Origin: an uncultured Planctomycetaceae bacterium
Lineage (GTDB): Bacteria; Planctomycetota; Planctomycetia; Planctomycetales; Planctomycetaceae
DNA length: 64,000 nucleotides
Reading direction: 5' to 3'
Assembly: GCA_963815195.1 (NCBI GenBank)
Contig: CAWFGE010000012.1
Location: 1,056,001-1,120,000 of the forward strand
Part shown: positions 35,218 to 46,195 of the stretch, piece by piece
How the letters are laid out: the number at the start of each line of letters is the position of its first letter
Numbering within the stretch: the first letter of the stretch is position 1
Position numbers and translations under genes: made by a program
Notes under the pieces: generated by a model
Told to the model about the DNA's origin: nothing
The model's input: the letters and a program-made list of their open reading frames with translations, nothing else
The model's database searches: none

Positions 35218-35777
35218 ATGTTGGACAAGGATCTCATCGAACGAGCAGTCAAAGGCGACCGCGAGGCCTTTGAAGCCATCGTTGAGGCTCACCAGTCCGC
35301 CATCTTCGGGTACCTTCGCGCACGGCTGTTTCAGCCGAACGACGCGGAGGACATGACGCAGGAAGTCTTCTTGCGGTTTTATCTGACCCGCGCGGTTCGA
35401 CAGCGCGAATCTGGTTCGGCCCTGGTTGTTGGGGATCGCGCGGAATCTGTTGAAGGAACACGCCCGCAAACTCCGCCGGCGGAAGGAGGTGGCCTGGACC
35501 GAACTTTGTTTGGAACTGGACGATGCCCTCCGCCCCGGCGCGGCGGACGGGGACGACAGCATGTACGATGATGTGCTGACGCACTTACCCCACTGCATGG
35601 AATCGCTGGGGCCGAGCGCGGAACGCGATCGATCTGCGTTACCGGGCCAACCTCCGGCTCTCGGCCATTGGAAAGAAGTTGCACCGTAGCGAAGGCGCGG
35701 TGAAATTGTTGATGTTCCGCGCCCGCCAAGCGCTCAAACACTGCCTGGACACGAAGCTTCGCCAAACTCAACCGTGA
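35218..35777 (+). CDS. ECF sigma factor (frameshifted)
   Basis: GDREAF, DAEDMTQEVFL, GIARN; region 4 RSEGAVKLLMFRARQAL. Confidence 0.82.
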
Positions 35778-35820
35778 TGCAGACGTTATGGTTTATTTGC
35801 ATTTTCGATGCGATCGACGT

Positions 35821-35870
35821 GAGGATGGAGGATAGAAGATCGAGGATAGATTTTTTCCTCTATCCTCCAC
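35821..35870. repeat. Heptamer GAGGAT(G/A) tandem with inverted partner
   Basis: GAGGATG GAGGATA GAAGATC GAGGATA then CCTCTATCCTCC; related copies near 3800, 48648, 50240 and 55905. Confidence 0.55.
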
Positions 35871-35938
35871 CCGCACTGTGATCCATAAACGACGTCTTTT
35901 GTAGACAGACATTCGGAAGAAAAAGCTCGGAAGACACG

Positions 35939-38900
35939 ATGGACTCTCGCCTGACTAATGCCGAATTGATTCAACTCGTGCAGGAAAAACTGCCCGAGGA
36001 ATTATCGCATGGCGAGATCCGTCAACTTCATGCGCGGTTGAAGGAATCGAGCGAGCTCAAGTCGGTGCTGATCGGGCAGTTGCATTTGGAGACGTATCTG
36101 AACACCGCTCTTTCGGAGATCGATGTCTCGGTGGAAGAAATCATCCGCCGGGCGAGCACGATGGAGCAGACCAAAAATCCGTCGCGCTGGCCGCTGTGGA
36201 CCGGTTTGGCCGGCGTGCTGCTCTTGGCGGGCCGGGGATCTTTTTCGCGACCCGGCCGTCACCGAGCCAGAGCCGTTGGCAGGAGACTCCGGTCAACGGA
36301 AAAGCCGGCCGTCAATAAACCGGGCGATCCGAACGGGGACGAATCCGAAAACAAGAAGAATGCGGGAAACGTCAAACCGAACCCGGAAAATGCGAAACCG
36401 GTTTCACCGAAGAACGCAAATCCCCCGGATCAACCCCAAAACGTGGCGGAAACGGGTTCCAAAGAACCGGGGCGGGGCAAGCCGGGCGATCCTTGGTTCG
36501 AGTCGCTCGACCCCCAAAAACCGCCGCGGCCATGGACCGAGACGGCGTTCGAAATGCCCGCCTTCGAGCGCGGGGAGATGCTCGAGAAAGACGACGCGAA
36601 CCGCTGGCTGGCCGCGGCTGCGGGGCAGTCGTTTCGCATCGACAACCGCGAAGCCAACGAGAATCGCTGGGTGGAACTCGGCGGCGTCGGGAAACTCCGC
36701 GCCCCGTGGACCGACGACGCGGTGCTGCGGCTGTCGCTATTTGATATGGATCACTTTCGCTTGCATTTCTGGTGCGGCGACGTGGGCGTCAGCCTTTGGC
36801 ATTACCAGATTCGCCATCCGCACGAATGGGCCGCGTATAAAGCCGAGCGCAAGAATAATCAGCCGCGCCCGGATCGGCTCGCGGCGCTGCCTCACCACCG
36901 ACGACGGCCGGCAGGACCGGGTCCGCTCGGGCATCGTGGAGTTTCGTTATCAAAACGGGTCGCTCGTGATGTCTGAGGGCAGCGTCCGCCTGCTGACCGT
37001 GCCGATGCCCGGGCCGCCCAAAGAAGTCATCTTCGACGGCAAGTGCATGCTCAGCGAAATCACGATGTACCGGGGCGAACGGTTGCCTGCGTCTCCCAAA
37101 AATCCCCGCCCGCTCGTCTCGCCGTCCACCCGCCCCGGCGATCTCGCGTGGATGACCGGGATCCCCGGCCGGGATTTGCGCACCGGCGTCCACGAACTCG
37201 GTCAGGTCCGCGAATCGAGCGACTTTTGGGAGGAAACGCTCGCCGAGGGCGCGACGTTCTCCGTCAAAGACGGCCAGGTGCGGCTCGCCGCGGAAAAGAC
37301 CGAAGGGCCGATCTACGCCGGCACGATCTTTAGGCGGGCGGGGCTCTATGAGATCATTCTCCGCGTGGAAGACGCGTCGCCCGGGACGGGGATTTACTTC
37401 GGCGACCGCGAGGGCCGGGAAGCTGCACCGCATCAGCTTTCATCGCGAAAAGCGCACCGGGCAGGTGGTGTTCGACGTTTCGCAGAACCAGAAAAATCAA
37501 CTCGAACTCGACCAGGATCCGGACCGGCTTCCGGTGCCGTATTTGACCAACAATCACTGGCTGCGGGTGGTGTGGGGGTTTGGGAGTTTCAAAATCTGGA
37601 CCAGCGGCGACGGCGTCCACTGGGGCACCGCGGACTCCCCCGCGCGAAATCTGCCCGGCCCGTGCTTCAGCCTGGGATTGATGGTCCAGAAAACCGAGGA
37701 ACCCCGGCAGATCACTTTGAGCCATCTGGAAATCCGCGAACTCTCCGCCATCACCACGTTGGCTTCCGACAGAGCGCGGGACAAAGCCCCGGCTTTCGGC
37801 GACTTGGCGAACATGGATTTCGGGACCTGGAACGAGACCGTCCTCCGCAGTCGGCCGCTCGACGACGAGGCGAATCCTTCAATCGATATGGCCGATTGGC
37901 GGCGGGCGTGCGCGATTCGCTCTTTGGCGGAGTCCCCGTGGACGCCGTTGTCCGCGACGCTGCTCAGGGGTTTGATCGAAGACGGTTTGAAGTCGGGCCG
38001 TCCCTTGAACGATCGGCTCAGGCTGCTCGATGAGGTGTCGCTGCTGTTCAACTTCGCGGGCGGAGCGGAAGCGGCCGCGATGGTGCGGATGTACGAACGC
38101 CTGGGCACGATGGCCGCCGCCGAGGGCCTGCCCGATCCGTTCGGGTTCATCGTCACCGGCCTATTGACCGCGCCGATCTGGTGCGATGCGAACACGCAGG
38201 TGATCTCGCCCGACTTCACGCGGGACATACTCCTCGAGAGCGCCTATTCGCGGGATTGGAAGGAGTTGCGCTCCGTCGCGCACCGCACGGAGTTCTGGAT
38301 GCGATCTTCCCAGCCGCAGCACGTTTGGTGGTGGGAGAAAGATCAACGGGAACTCTTGGTGTGGGCGAGGGCGCTCGCCCAGCATCGCGTGCCGGTGCAA
38401 CAAGCGGACGAGGGGGAATGGGTCCGCCGGATTTCCCGCGGCCGGCAGTTTCAGCATCCGTTGGTCACGCAGGTCAGCAAGGAAGGCTACAACGTGATGG
38501 CCGAGTTCGAGGCGGCTCTCGCGGGAGACGCCTTCGCAGACGCCTGCCGGATCATCACCTCGGCCGGGCGGTCGGGGATGGCGGGCCTCCTCCCGGACTC
38601 GAAGGATCCCGATCTTTTGGTCTCGTTGCCGCGGGCGATTGCGCTCGCGATGCGGGAGCACCCGGAGCTTCAGCAAACGATGCGCGAGCAGTTCGGCGAC
38701 GTGGGGCAGATCCGCGTGCGGGAAGCGATGACCAAAGCCGACGTGGAAGCCGTCGAGGCGGCGACGGTCCGGTTCTTCGGCACCGAAGCCGCGGCCGAGG
38801 CCTTCGGCTGGCTGGGCGACCGCGCGCTCGCGAGCGGAAAATTCGCCCAGGCGGCCCAAGCCTATCAAGAGGCTTTGCCGCTCGCGGGGGGAACGCTCGC

Positions 38901-40818
38901 TCGCGATTTGCGAAATCGCCTGCGGTTGGCGGCGGGGATGCTCGGGCACGAAGTCCCGGCGGAAGAGGAAACCGGCCCCGTGCAAATCGCGTCCACTTCC
39001 TGGAACAGCGCGCAATTTGACAGCCTGATCGACCAACTGCGAAAAAGCCACGCCCGCACCGAATCCTCCGGACTGGCCGACTGGAATCCCGCCCTCGTCC
39101 GCAAAGCCCCGCCTTTGCCGCCGGCCCGGTATCAAGCCGTCACCCGCGGCAACTTCACGGGCGACTTGGGCCAAGGCGTGGGCCGCTACGAGGACCGGAA
39201 CACCGATTGGGCGGCCCGGCAACTCGCCGTCGCGATCGAAGACGATGTTGTGTACGTCTCCAACCGCTTCCAGGTCTCCTGCTATCAACTCACCGACGGA
39301 AAGACCAAATGGTCGAAAGGCCTGGGCGGCGAGCAAGGCAATGTGCACGAGTGGCCGTTCATCCCCATGCCGCCGCTCCTCGTCGGCGACCGGATTTTCG
39401 TCCGCCGGCTCACCAAGCGCGGCCCGGAGTTGGCTTCGCTCGCCAAAGCCAGCGGCGAAGTCCTCTGGCATGTCCGCCCGGAGCACCATGTCGCCTCCGA
39501 CCCGGTGTTTGTGCAGAACAATCTCCTGGCATTGGTGGCGACCGTGCCTCAAAGCGGCATGCTGCAACTGGAACTCGCCTCCTTTCACCCGGACACGGGC
39601 GATGTGCTCTCCCAGCGGCCGCTGTTGACGCTGCGGGATGAATGGTCCGGGCGGCCGCCTTGCCAAATCCTGGCGACGAACGGAAAAATCCTGCTGACCA
39701 TCGGCGGCACCACGCTCTGCTGCGATCCCGGCGGACAACCGCAATGGCTCGAGCAGCATCCCTGGCTGCCCGCCGACGTCGACCGCGACTCGAAAATGCA
39801 CCACCATCAACCGCCCCTTGTCGCCGACGGGCGCGTGTACGTTTCCCAGCACGGCGTCCAGGAAGTCTCCTGCTTCGATCTCGACACCGGCCGCAAATTC
39901 TGGTCCCAACCGGTGCCGGATTTGGTCCGCGTGATCGGACTCGCGGGAGGCGTACTCGTCGCTCAAACCGAACTGGGCCTCGTCGGATTCGACAAAGCCA
40001 CCGGCCAAAGCCGCTGGCGGCATCCGGTGGCCGATCTGCTCAATGGCATTCTCTGCGGCGGAGACCGGCTGGTGTATTCCTGCAAGCTAGACTACGGCGA
40101 CGACGGCACCGTCTGCCTGGTCTGGCTCGATCCCGAAACCGGAACCGAGCAATCCCTCGCGGTGTTGAAAAATCTCGAAGGCGACGCCGTGCGGTTCGGC
40201 CCGTTGGTCATGCACGATTCGCATTTCTGGGGCTTCTTCGGCCGGGGCTTCAAGGAAGCCCAGCGCGAGCTGGTCGAGTTGGTTCCCGATAAAGACCGCC
40301 CGCCGGCAGGTCCCTTACATCCCAGTCCCCTGGCGTTTTGGGTGGACGACGTTCTGCCTCGATCGTTCGCGAACGTGGCCGCGGCTCTTCCCGGATGGAC
40401 GGTGACGACCACGCAAAACCTCCCCGGCAAGGACAAAGGTGTGACCTGGCTGCCGGACTTCCGGGGAGAACGGGACGTTGTGCAAACTCGCCTGGCCAAT
40501 AAACGTCCGGTGCATTTCGTCCGCGAAATCAAACTTTCCGAAACAGGGCCTCAGAAGCTCAAACTCCGCGTAGGCCACGAACCCGGCCATTCGTGGAAGC
40601 TCACAGCCCGACTCGGCCCGGAAGTCCTTGTCGATCAAGTCATCGACGACAAGACCGCTCCCGGCGGCTGGTGGCAAGGCGAAGCGGACCTCACCCCGTG
40701 GGCCGGCAAAACCGTCTGGCTGTCCGTCACGCAATCCCCCCTGGATGACACAGACGACAAACACGCCGGTGCCGCGTTTTGGAAAACCCTCGAATTCACC
40801 CCGCCAACCACAAAATAG
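35939..40818 (+). CDS. Very large membrane-anchored protein with PQQ/BamB-like beta-propeller, probable anti-sigma factor (frameshifted)
   Basis: Merged ORFs 35939.., 36123.. and 37348..40818; short N-domain then TM; repeats GKTKW, GEVLW, DTGRKFW, ATGQSRW. Confidence 0.7.
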
Positions 40819-40849
40819 GAATCGTCGTCAACTCGATTGGAAGAAGGGG

Positions 40850-41001
40850 AACCACGAATTACACGAATGTTTCAGGAGCCGGCTGCGTTCTTGTCTATTC
40901 GAACCGTCTGGCTTGAAGAACGGCGTTATTGAAACGGGACAGGCCACTTTCATGATTCTTATTCGTGTTATTCGTGGTTCCCTTCCATTTAATTCGTGGT
41001 T
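40850..41001. repeat. ACGAAT/ATTCGT inverted repeat pair
   Basis: AACCACGAATTACACGAAT (40850) vs ATTCGTGTTATTCGTGGTT (40961). Confidence 0.6.
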
Positions 41002-42723
41002 TCAGCCGCCGGCCCATTGTTGAAGTCGGTTGAACCAGTCGCGGGCGGCGGCGACTTGGCTTTTGACGTCGGGCGATGTGTCTTTCTGCCGGGCGAATGT
41101 CCGCATCGCCAACAGATGCCGGCACGGTCCCATGCGGAGGCCGGCTTTCTGATGATGGCCGCATACGCAGCGGCCTTTTTTGATTCGGCCGTCCGGGTCC
41201 ATCCACAATTCCACCGGCTTGCCGCCGGCTTTGCCCGTCAAATGCTCGCTGCCCTCGGGCGTTTTTTCAGACGTGAGCATCTGCACGAGGCGATTGGCGA
41301 CGAGCCGGCGGGACTCCGCGAGTTCGGGGTTCTCCGGCCCCAGGTCCGCTTCGCCCAAGGCATTGGGCATGATCCGCCGCCAGCGATAGAGACCCGCGGT
41401 CAGATCATAAATCACTTCGCCCGTATGGGCCAATTTGTTGAGAGCCGCCGCGCACTCGGCGGGTTCAATCCGGTGCTGATCGCGGATCGTTTCGAATGCC
41501 GCCGATCCCCGCCGTTCCAGGTCGCTCGCAATCCGCGAAAGCGCGGCCGCACTGAGTCCCGCGGGCGGAGCCAGAGCATCGAGCGCGGAACCTCGCGTCC
41601 AATCGTTGGTTGTCCAACCGGACAGGCCCAGCGTCAATCGCATCTCGCCCATCCGGGCCACCCAAAACGTGGGCAGCCCCGTGCCCAAGAGATACACGTC
41701 GAAGCCTTCCGCCAAAGGCAGCACGCGGGCCAAGGTCAACAATCGCCGCCGGCCCCAGATGCGGATCGGCTCATCGTTGGGCCCGTGATAAACCGTCCCC
41801 CGCGAAACGATTCGCTTTTCCCACGGTTCCAAGACGAGTTCCGGGGCCTGCCCGGACTTTAATTCAAACCGCACGGCCCGCGGGCTGGTCTTGGCTTTGT
41901 TCCGCTTGAGCCACGCGAGCAGCGAATACACGGCCTCGCGCGAAAGCGAAATTTTCCGCAGGGGCATCGCCATCGCCGATTGCAGTTGCAGAAACCCGCG
42001 GAGCCAGCCGCCGGGCAGATCGATTTTTTCCTCGCGGAGGTTTTCCCGGTCCTGGGTGGCGACTTCGAACCCCGCCGGATCGACCGCGAACCGCGTTTCC
42101 CGGTAAGAGCGGAGCGATTGAAAATGATGGTAGAGGTTCCAGGAATAATCGACGTTGGTCGTCCCGGTTTGCATGGTGGCCGAGGAGCCGAAGGCGTCCT
42201 CGCGGTCCACCGTCAAACAGCCGTAGCTGGATTCATCCGCGGAGAAGCATTCGAAAAACACCACATCGTCGGCGACCGTGATGATCGGATCGCAGGGCAT
42301 GAGCTTCCGCCACAAGTTGGGGTCGCGCGAGAACAAATACCGCGAGTATTGGCTTCTGGTCTTCCAATAAAACTTGCGGGCCGACTGGTAGCGCTTTTCC
42401 AAATCCTCCGGGATCGGCCGGTCCTGGAGCGCCTCGACTTCCGCGCGGGCTTCCTCGATTAAATGCCTGCGAAGCCGCTGCATGCGTTCCCCTTCGTCGG
42501 CTTTCCATTTTTCGTAGGCCGACTTGTCGCGGGGCTTGAACCGGAGGTCGTTGATGACCACGTCGTGCAAAGCCGACATCGCTTCGCGGAACCGCAGCGG
42601 CTCTTGGAGCGCCCCGTCGAACGCCACGGGAGCCCGCGCCAGATTCGGAGCCAGCGACAACACCCGCGCCCCGCCGGCGGTCTTCAGATCGCTCTGCCCA
42701 AGATAAGAAAATGTCACGTCCAT
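41002..42723 (-). CDS. SWIM zinc-finger protein
   Basis: C-terminal CVC-x12-CRH; FFECFSADESSYG, GTTNVDYS, WLRGFLQ. Confidence 0.8.
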   Translation of the reverse strand: MDVTFSYLGQSDLKTAGGARVLSLAPNLARAPVAFDGALQEPLRFREAMSALHDVVINDLRFKPRDKSAYEKWKADEGERMQRLRRHLIEEARAEVEALQDRPIPEDLEKRYQSARKFYWKTRSQYSRYLFSRDPNLWRKLMPCDPIITVADDVVFFECFSADESSYGCLTVDREDAFGSSATMQTGTTNVDYSWNLYHHFQSLRSYRETRFAVDPAGFEVATQDRENLREEKIDLPGGWLRGFLQLQSAMAMPLRKISLSREAVYSLLAWLKRNKAKTSPRAVRFELKSGQAPELVLEPWEKRIVSRGTVYHGPNDEPIRIWGRRRLLTLARVLPLAEGFDVYLLGTGLPTFWVARMGEMRLTLGLSGWTTNDWTRGSALDALAPPAGLSAAALSRIASDLERRGSAAFETIRDQHRIEPAECAAALNKLAHTGEVIYDLTAGLYRWRRIMPNALGEADLGPENPELAESRRLVANRLVQMLTSEKTPEGSEHLTGKAGGKPVELWMDPDGRIKKGRCVCGHHQKAGLRMGPCRHLLAMRTFARQKDTSPDVKSQVAAARDWFNRLQQWAGG

Positions 42724-42764
42724 GAAGTTCGTTTCGGTTTGCAGATTTTCTCAAGGAAGGTCTT

Positions 42765-44451
42765 TTACCAAACCGTTTCGCCGACCGGCAGCACGTCGAC
42801 TTCCGGGAGGCGGGCCGCGATGACGGTTGCGAGTTCGGGATGCGATTCAGAGAGTTCCGTCACCGCGGACAACGCTTCCCGCATCTCTGGGCGCGGATGG
42901 AACGGAGGGCGACCGACAACACCGGCAGCAAGCTTTCCGCGCGGCCGGGCTCTTTTTCCAGGGTCCGCGTCATTTGGCGGATCGCTTTGAGCTTCTGCCG
43001 GCCGCCGCGATCGACGCCCGCAAGCACGCTGCACCAGACGGGCGTCAAGGCGTCGGCATCGGGACGGGGAAAACTCCGCGAAGCCCGGCGTTCCAAAATG
43101 TCGATCAGTTGCTGCCGAACGTCGTCGAACGGCGTTTCCAAAAGCCGGCACCAAAACACCGGATCGCCGAACGCCGCCGCGTTGGAGGATTCGTTTTCAT
43201 CAAGCAGCCACGCCCAAGCCGCGGTGCGAATCGGCGCGGCGAGCGAATCGAAAAACGGCAGCACCTGATCGCGGTCATAAACGTCGGTTCGTCCCAAAAT
43301 CGCAAGCGCCATGTAGCGACCTCCGCTGCGATCGCGCTCGATTGGGCTTCGCTCAATTCCACCAACGCCGCGCGGTCGCCGGCGGTCTGGATGCTGCGTT
43401 TTTTTAGAAACGTCAGACCCATCCGGGCCACGGGCGTCGGTTCCGAAGTGGTCAGCCGCACGCAATCGGCCAGCGTCAACCGCTCTCCCGAGACCTTCTC
43501 GGCCATTACCCGGCAGATGGTTTCGAGAGCCGTCAGGTTCTCTGTTTCCAGGAGCATCATCCAAGTCGACAGCGGCCAGGTTTCCAAACCCTGGGCCTGT
43601 TCCAAAAGCTCCGCGGCGAACTGCTGCACGTCCTCTTGCCGATGCGTCAACAGATCCAAAAGCTCGTCGGCCGGGAGTTTTTGAAGCCTTGATGCGTGAT
43701 GCTCGCGGAGCATTTCGATCGCCCACGTCCGCATGGCTTTGGAGCGGGCTTCGAGGACCATCAAAAGCAGTACATCCGCGGAGTCCGGCTGTTTCCAAAG
43801 CTCCGGAAAACTCGGCGCGGGTTTGAGTTCGCCCAGCGAATGACCGGGGCGGATTCTGATGAGCGAGGAACCGAACTCGAGCGCGGGGTGTTCTCGAAAG
43901 CAGGCCTGCATCAGGCTCCAGCTATCGAGCAGATTTTCGCCCTGGGCCAGATCGGCATCGCGGTACAGAATCAAAAAGCGGGCGACGGCCAGGGGGTAGT
44001 CTTTGGGCCGCCGATAGCCCATCCAGCGAAAGTACCGCCAGGCCCGCCGGCGGAGGTAATACCGCGTGTGATAGGAAAACAGACGCAGGTCTCGTGGCGA
44101 ACTGAGCACGGTCTCTTCGTAACCCGTGCTGGTTTTCCAGTCGTACTTCCAGCGGCGGCGGCGTTCCCGGCGGGCGAGCCGATCGCAGCCCGTGGCAAAC
44201 GCCGCCATCAGCTCGTCGTTCTGCTCTGCTTCCGCCCATTTGAAGAGCCGCTTGATGACGGGGTTATGCCCCCACGCATCCCAAGGCAGATCGAGATAGC
44301 GAAACATCTGCTCGTGCGCCCAAGCCCGGCCGTCGGCGATCCACCGCCCGGTGAACTCGGCCAACAGGGGCATGTCGCGCACCTTCCGCAGCGCCTCGAC
44401 AAACCCGGCATCCTGGGCCGAAAATAACGTCTCAAAATGCGCTTTCGCCAT
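42765..44451 (-). CDS. HEAT/ARM-repeat helical protein (frameshifted)
   Basis: Merged ORFs 43105..44451, 42860..43798 (C part) and 42765..43154; LFSYHTRYYLRRRAWRYFR, LLETPFDDVR. Confidence 0.7.
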
Positions 44452-44661
44452 CGCTCATTCCGCTGACGCTCGGAAAACTGAACCGCAAATAATGCTCGCA
44501 TTTTCTTCAAACTGGCGAACTCCCGCAACGGCCTTATCCATTTTTTAGTTTTCGCGGTTAAAGGGTTCTTGCAAAGGAAAGTCAGAAGTGGCTCCCGTTC
44601 AGCCAGAACGATTGAGAGCAGGCCGGGGGATGTCATGACTTTGTTCCAAAACTGTCGCCGG

Positions 44662-45876
44662 TCACTTCGTCGAGAGTTCCACGTCATCCACGCTGAGCGT
44701 GCCTGTCGCGCCGTTGAGGCCGATGCGGATGATCATTTCCCGCGCGTCGGCGGGGACGCGGATGCGGGTGGCGACGGTTTCCCAGTCTTGTTTGCCCGCC
44801 CAAGGGCCGATCGTGTTTTCGCCGATCGGCTTGCGGATCGAATCGTAAAAGTGCACCATCAAACCCGCCTCGTAATTCCGGCCATAGTTCCGCACTTTGT
44901 CGTACTTCACCTTGAGGCTCACCCGCAGGTTGCGGACTTTGCGGCCGTCGATCGCCATGCCTTGGAGGACCTGAGCCAGCCGGCCGGGCTCCTCGTTTTC
45001 AAACTGCAGATTCCGCTTGCCTTCGGGGGCACCCTCGGCGATGAGCTTCGTCTGCCTTTGATAATGCCAGTTGTCGGCGCGGCCGTCGTCGTTGGCGTCC
45101 GTTTCGAAGCCGCCGTTGACGATTTGGGGATGCAGCGGATCGGGCTTTACCTGGCGGTTGTCTTCCGAGATGCCCGTCATCGGCACGAACAAGGTCGGGA
45201 TCAGTTTTTTCTGAAACAGCTTCCCGTCTTTTTTCTCGAACAGGTAAAACACCTGCTGGTAGCGCTGGCCCAGCGGGATGATCATTCGGCCGCCTTCGCG
45301 GAGCTGCTCGACCAGCGGGGTGGGCACTTTTTCGGGCGAGCAGGTGACGATGATCTTGTCGAACGGGGCGTGCTCCGCCCAGCCTTTGTAGCCGTCGCCC
45401 ACCTTGGTGAAGACGTTGGTGTAGCCGAGCTTCTTCAAGCGGGTCGCGGCCGCCTCGCCCAGGGGTTCGACGATCTCGATCGAGTAGACTTCCTTCGCCA
45501 ATTCGCCGAGAACCGCCGCCTGGTAACCGCTGCCCGTGCCGATTTCCAGCACGCGCTCGGTCGGCTGCGGATCGATCGTCTCGGTCATGTAGGCCACGAT
45601 GTAAGGCGGCGAAATGGTTTGCTTATAGCCAATGGGCCACGCCCCGTCCCAATAGGCTTTGGGAACGAGCGTCGCCGGGACGAACTCGTGCCGGGGCACT
45701 TTTCGCATCGCGGCGATGACCCGGCGATTGGAGATGCCCTCCTTCACCAGAAACTCGTCGACCATCATGTTCCGCAGCGTCTCCATGCGGTCGATTTGGC
45801 CGAAGCCGGGCCGCAGGAAGGCCCCCAAGGTCAAAAGGCCGGCTGTGGCCACGATGAGTGCGGTCCGCTTCATCAC
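44662..45876 (-). CDS. pcm: Protein-L-isoaspartate O-methyltransferase with signal peptide and C-terminal CBM-like domain
   Basis: VPRHEFV, QTISPPY, VLEIGTGSGYQAA, GDGYKGW..APFD, FVPM; NGGFE..VDDV domain. Confidence 0.9.
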   Translation of the reverse strand: MMKRTALIVATAGLLTLGAFLRPGFGQIDRMETLRNMMVDEFLVKEGISNRRVIAAMRKVPRHEFVPATLVPKAYWDGAWPIGYKQTISPPYIVAYMTETIDPQPTERVLEIGTGSGYQAAVLGELAKEVYSIEIVEPLGEAAATRLKKLGYTNVFTKVGDGYKGWAEHAPFDKIIVTCSPEKVPTPLVEQLREGGRMIIPLGQRYQQVFYLFEKKDGKLFQKKLIPTLFVPMTGISEDNRQVKPDPLHPQIVNGGFETDANDDGRADNWHYQRQTKLIAEGAPEGKRNLQFENEEPGRLAQVLQGMAIDGRKVRNLRVSLKVKYDKVRNYGRNYEAGLMVHFYDSIRKPIGENTIGPWAGKQDWETVATRIRVPADAREMIIRIGLNGATGTLSVDDVELSTK

Positions 45877-46195
45877 GTTAAACTCCTGTCGAGAGGGTGT
45901 TCCTCTGATCGTCCGCGCGGCGCCCGAAGAGTTTCGTCAAAGGCCGTCCTTGCCCGACCTCCGGATTTCGCGCCCATTGACTTACTCTACAAAGATCTCC
46001 GATTCGTTTCGACCCGAAAATCAGGCCCGGCATGCCCATCCCTGGATTGAAGTTGGGGGGAATGCGTGAATTGAGCAACAAGCCGGCGTTCCTCTTGACC
46101 GGATTCGCGGATTCCTTAACCTTCCGATCCGCGCGACTCCGCGCTCGGGCTGGGATTATCGACGGAACGCAGGGAATTCTGCTGAAGGAAAAGCC

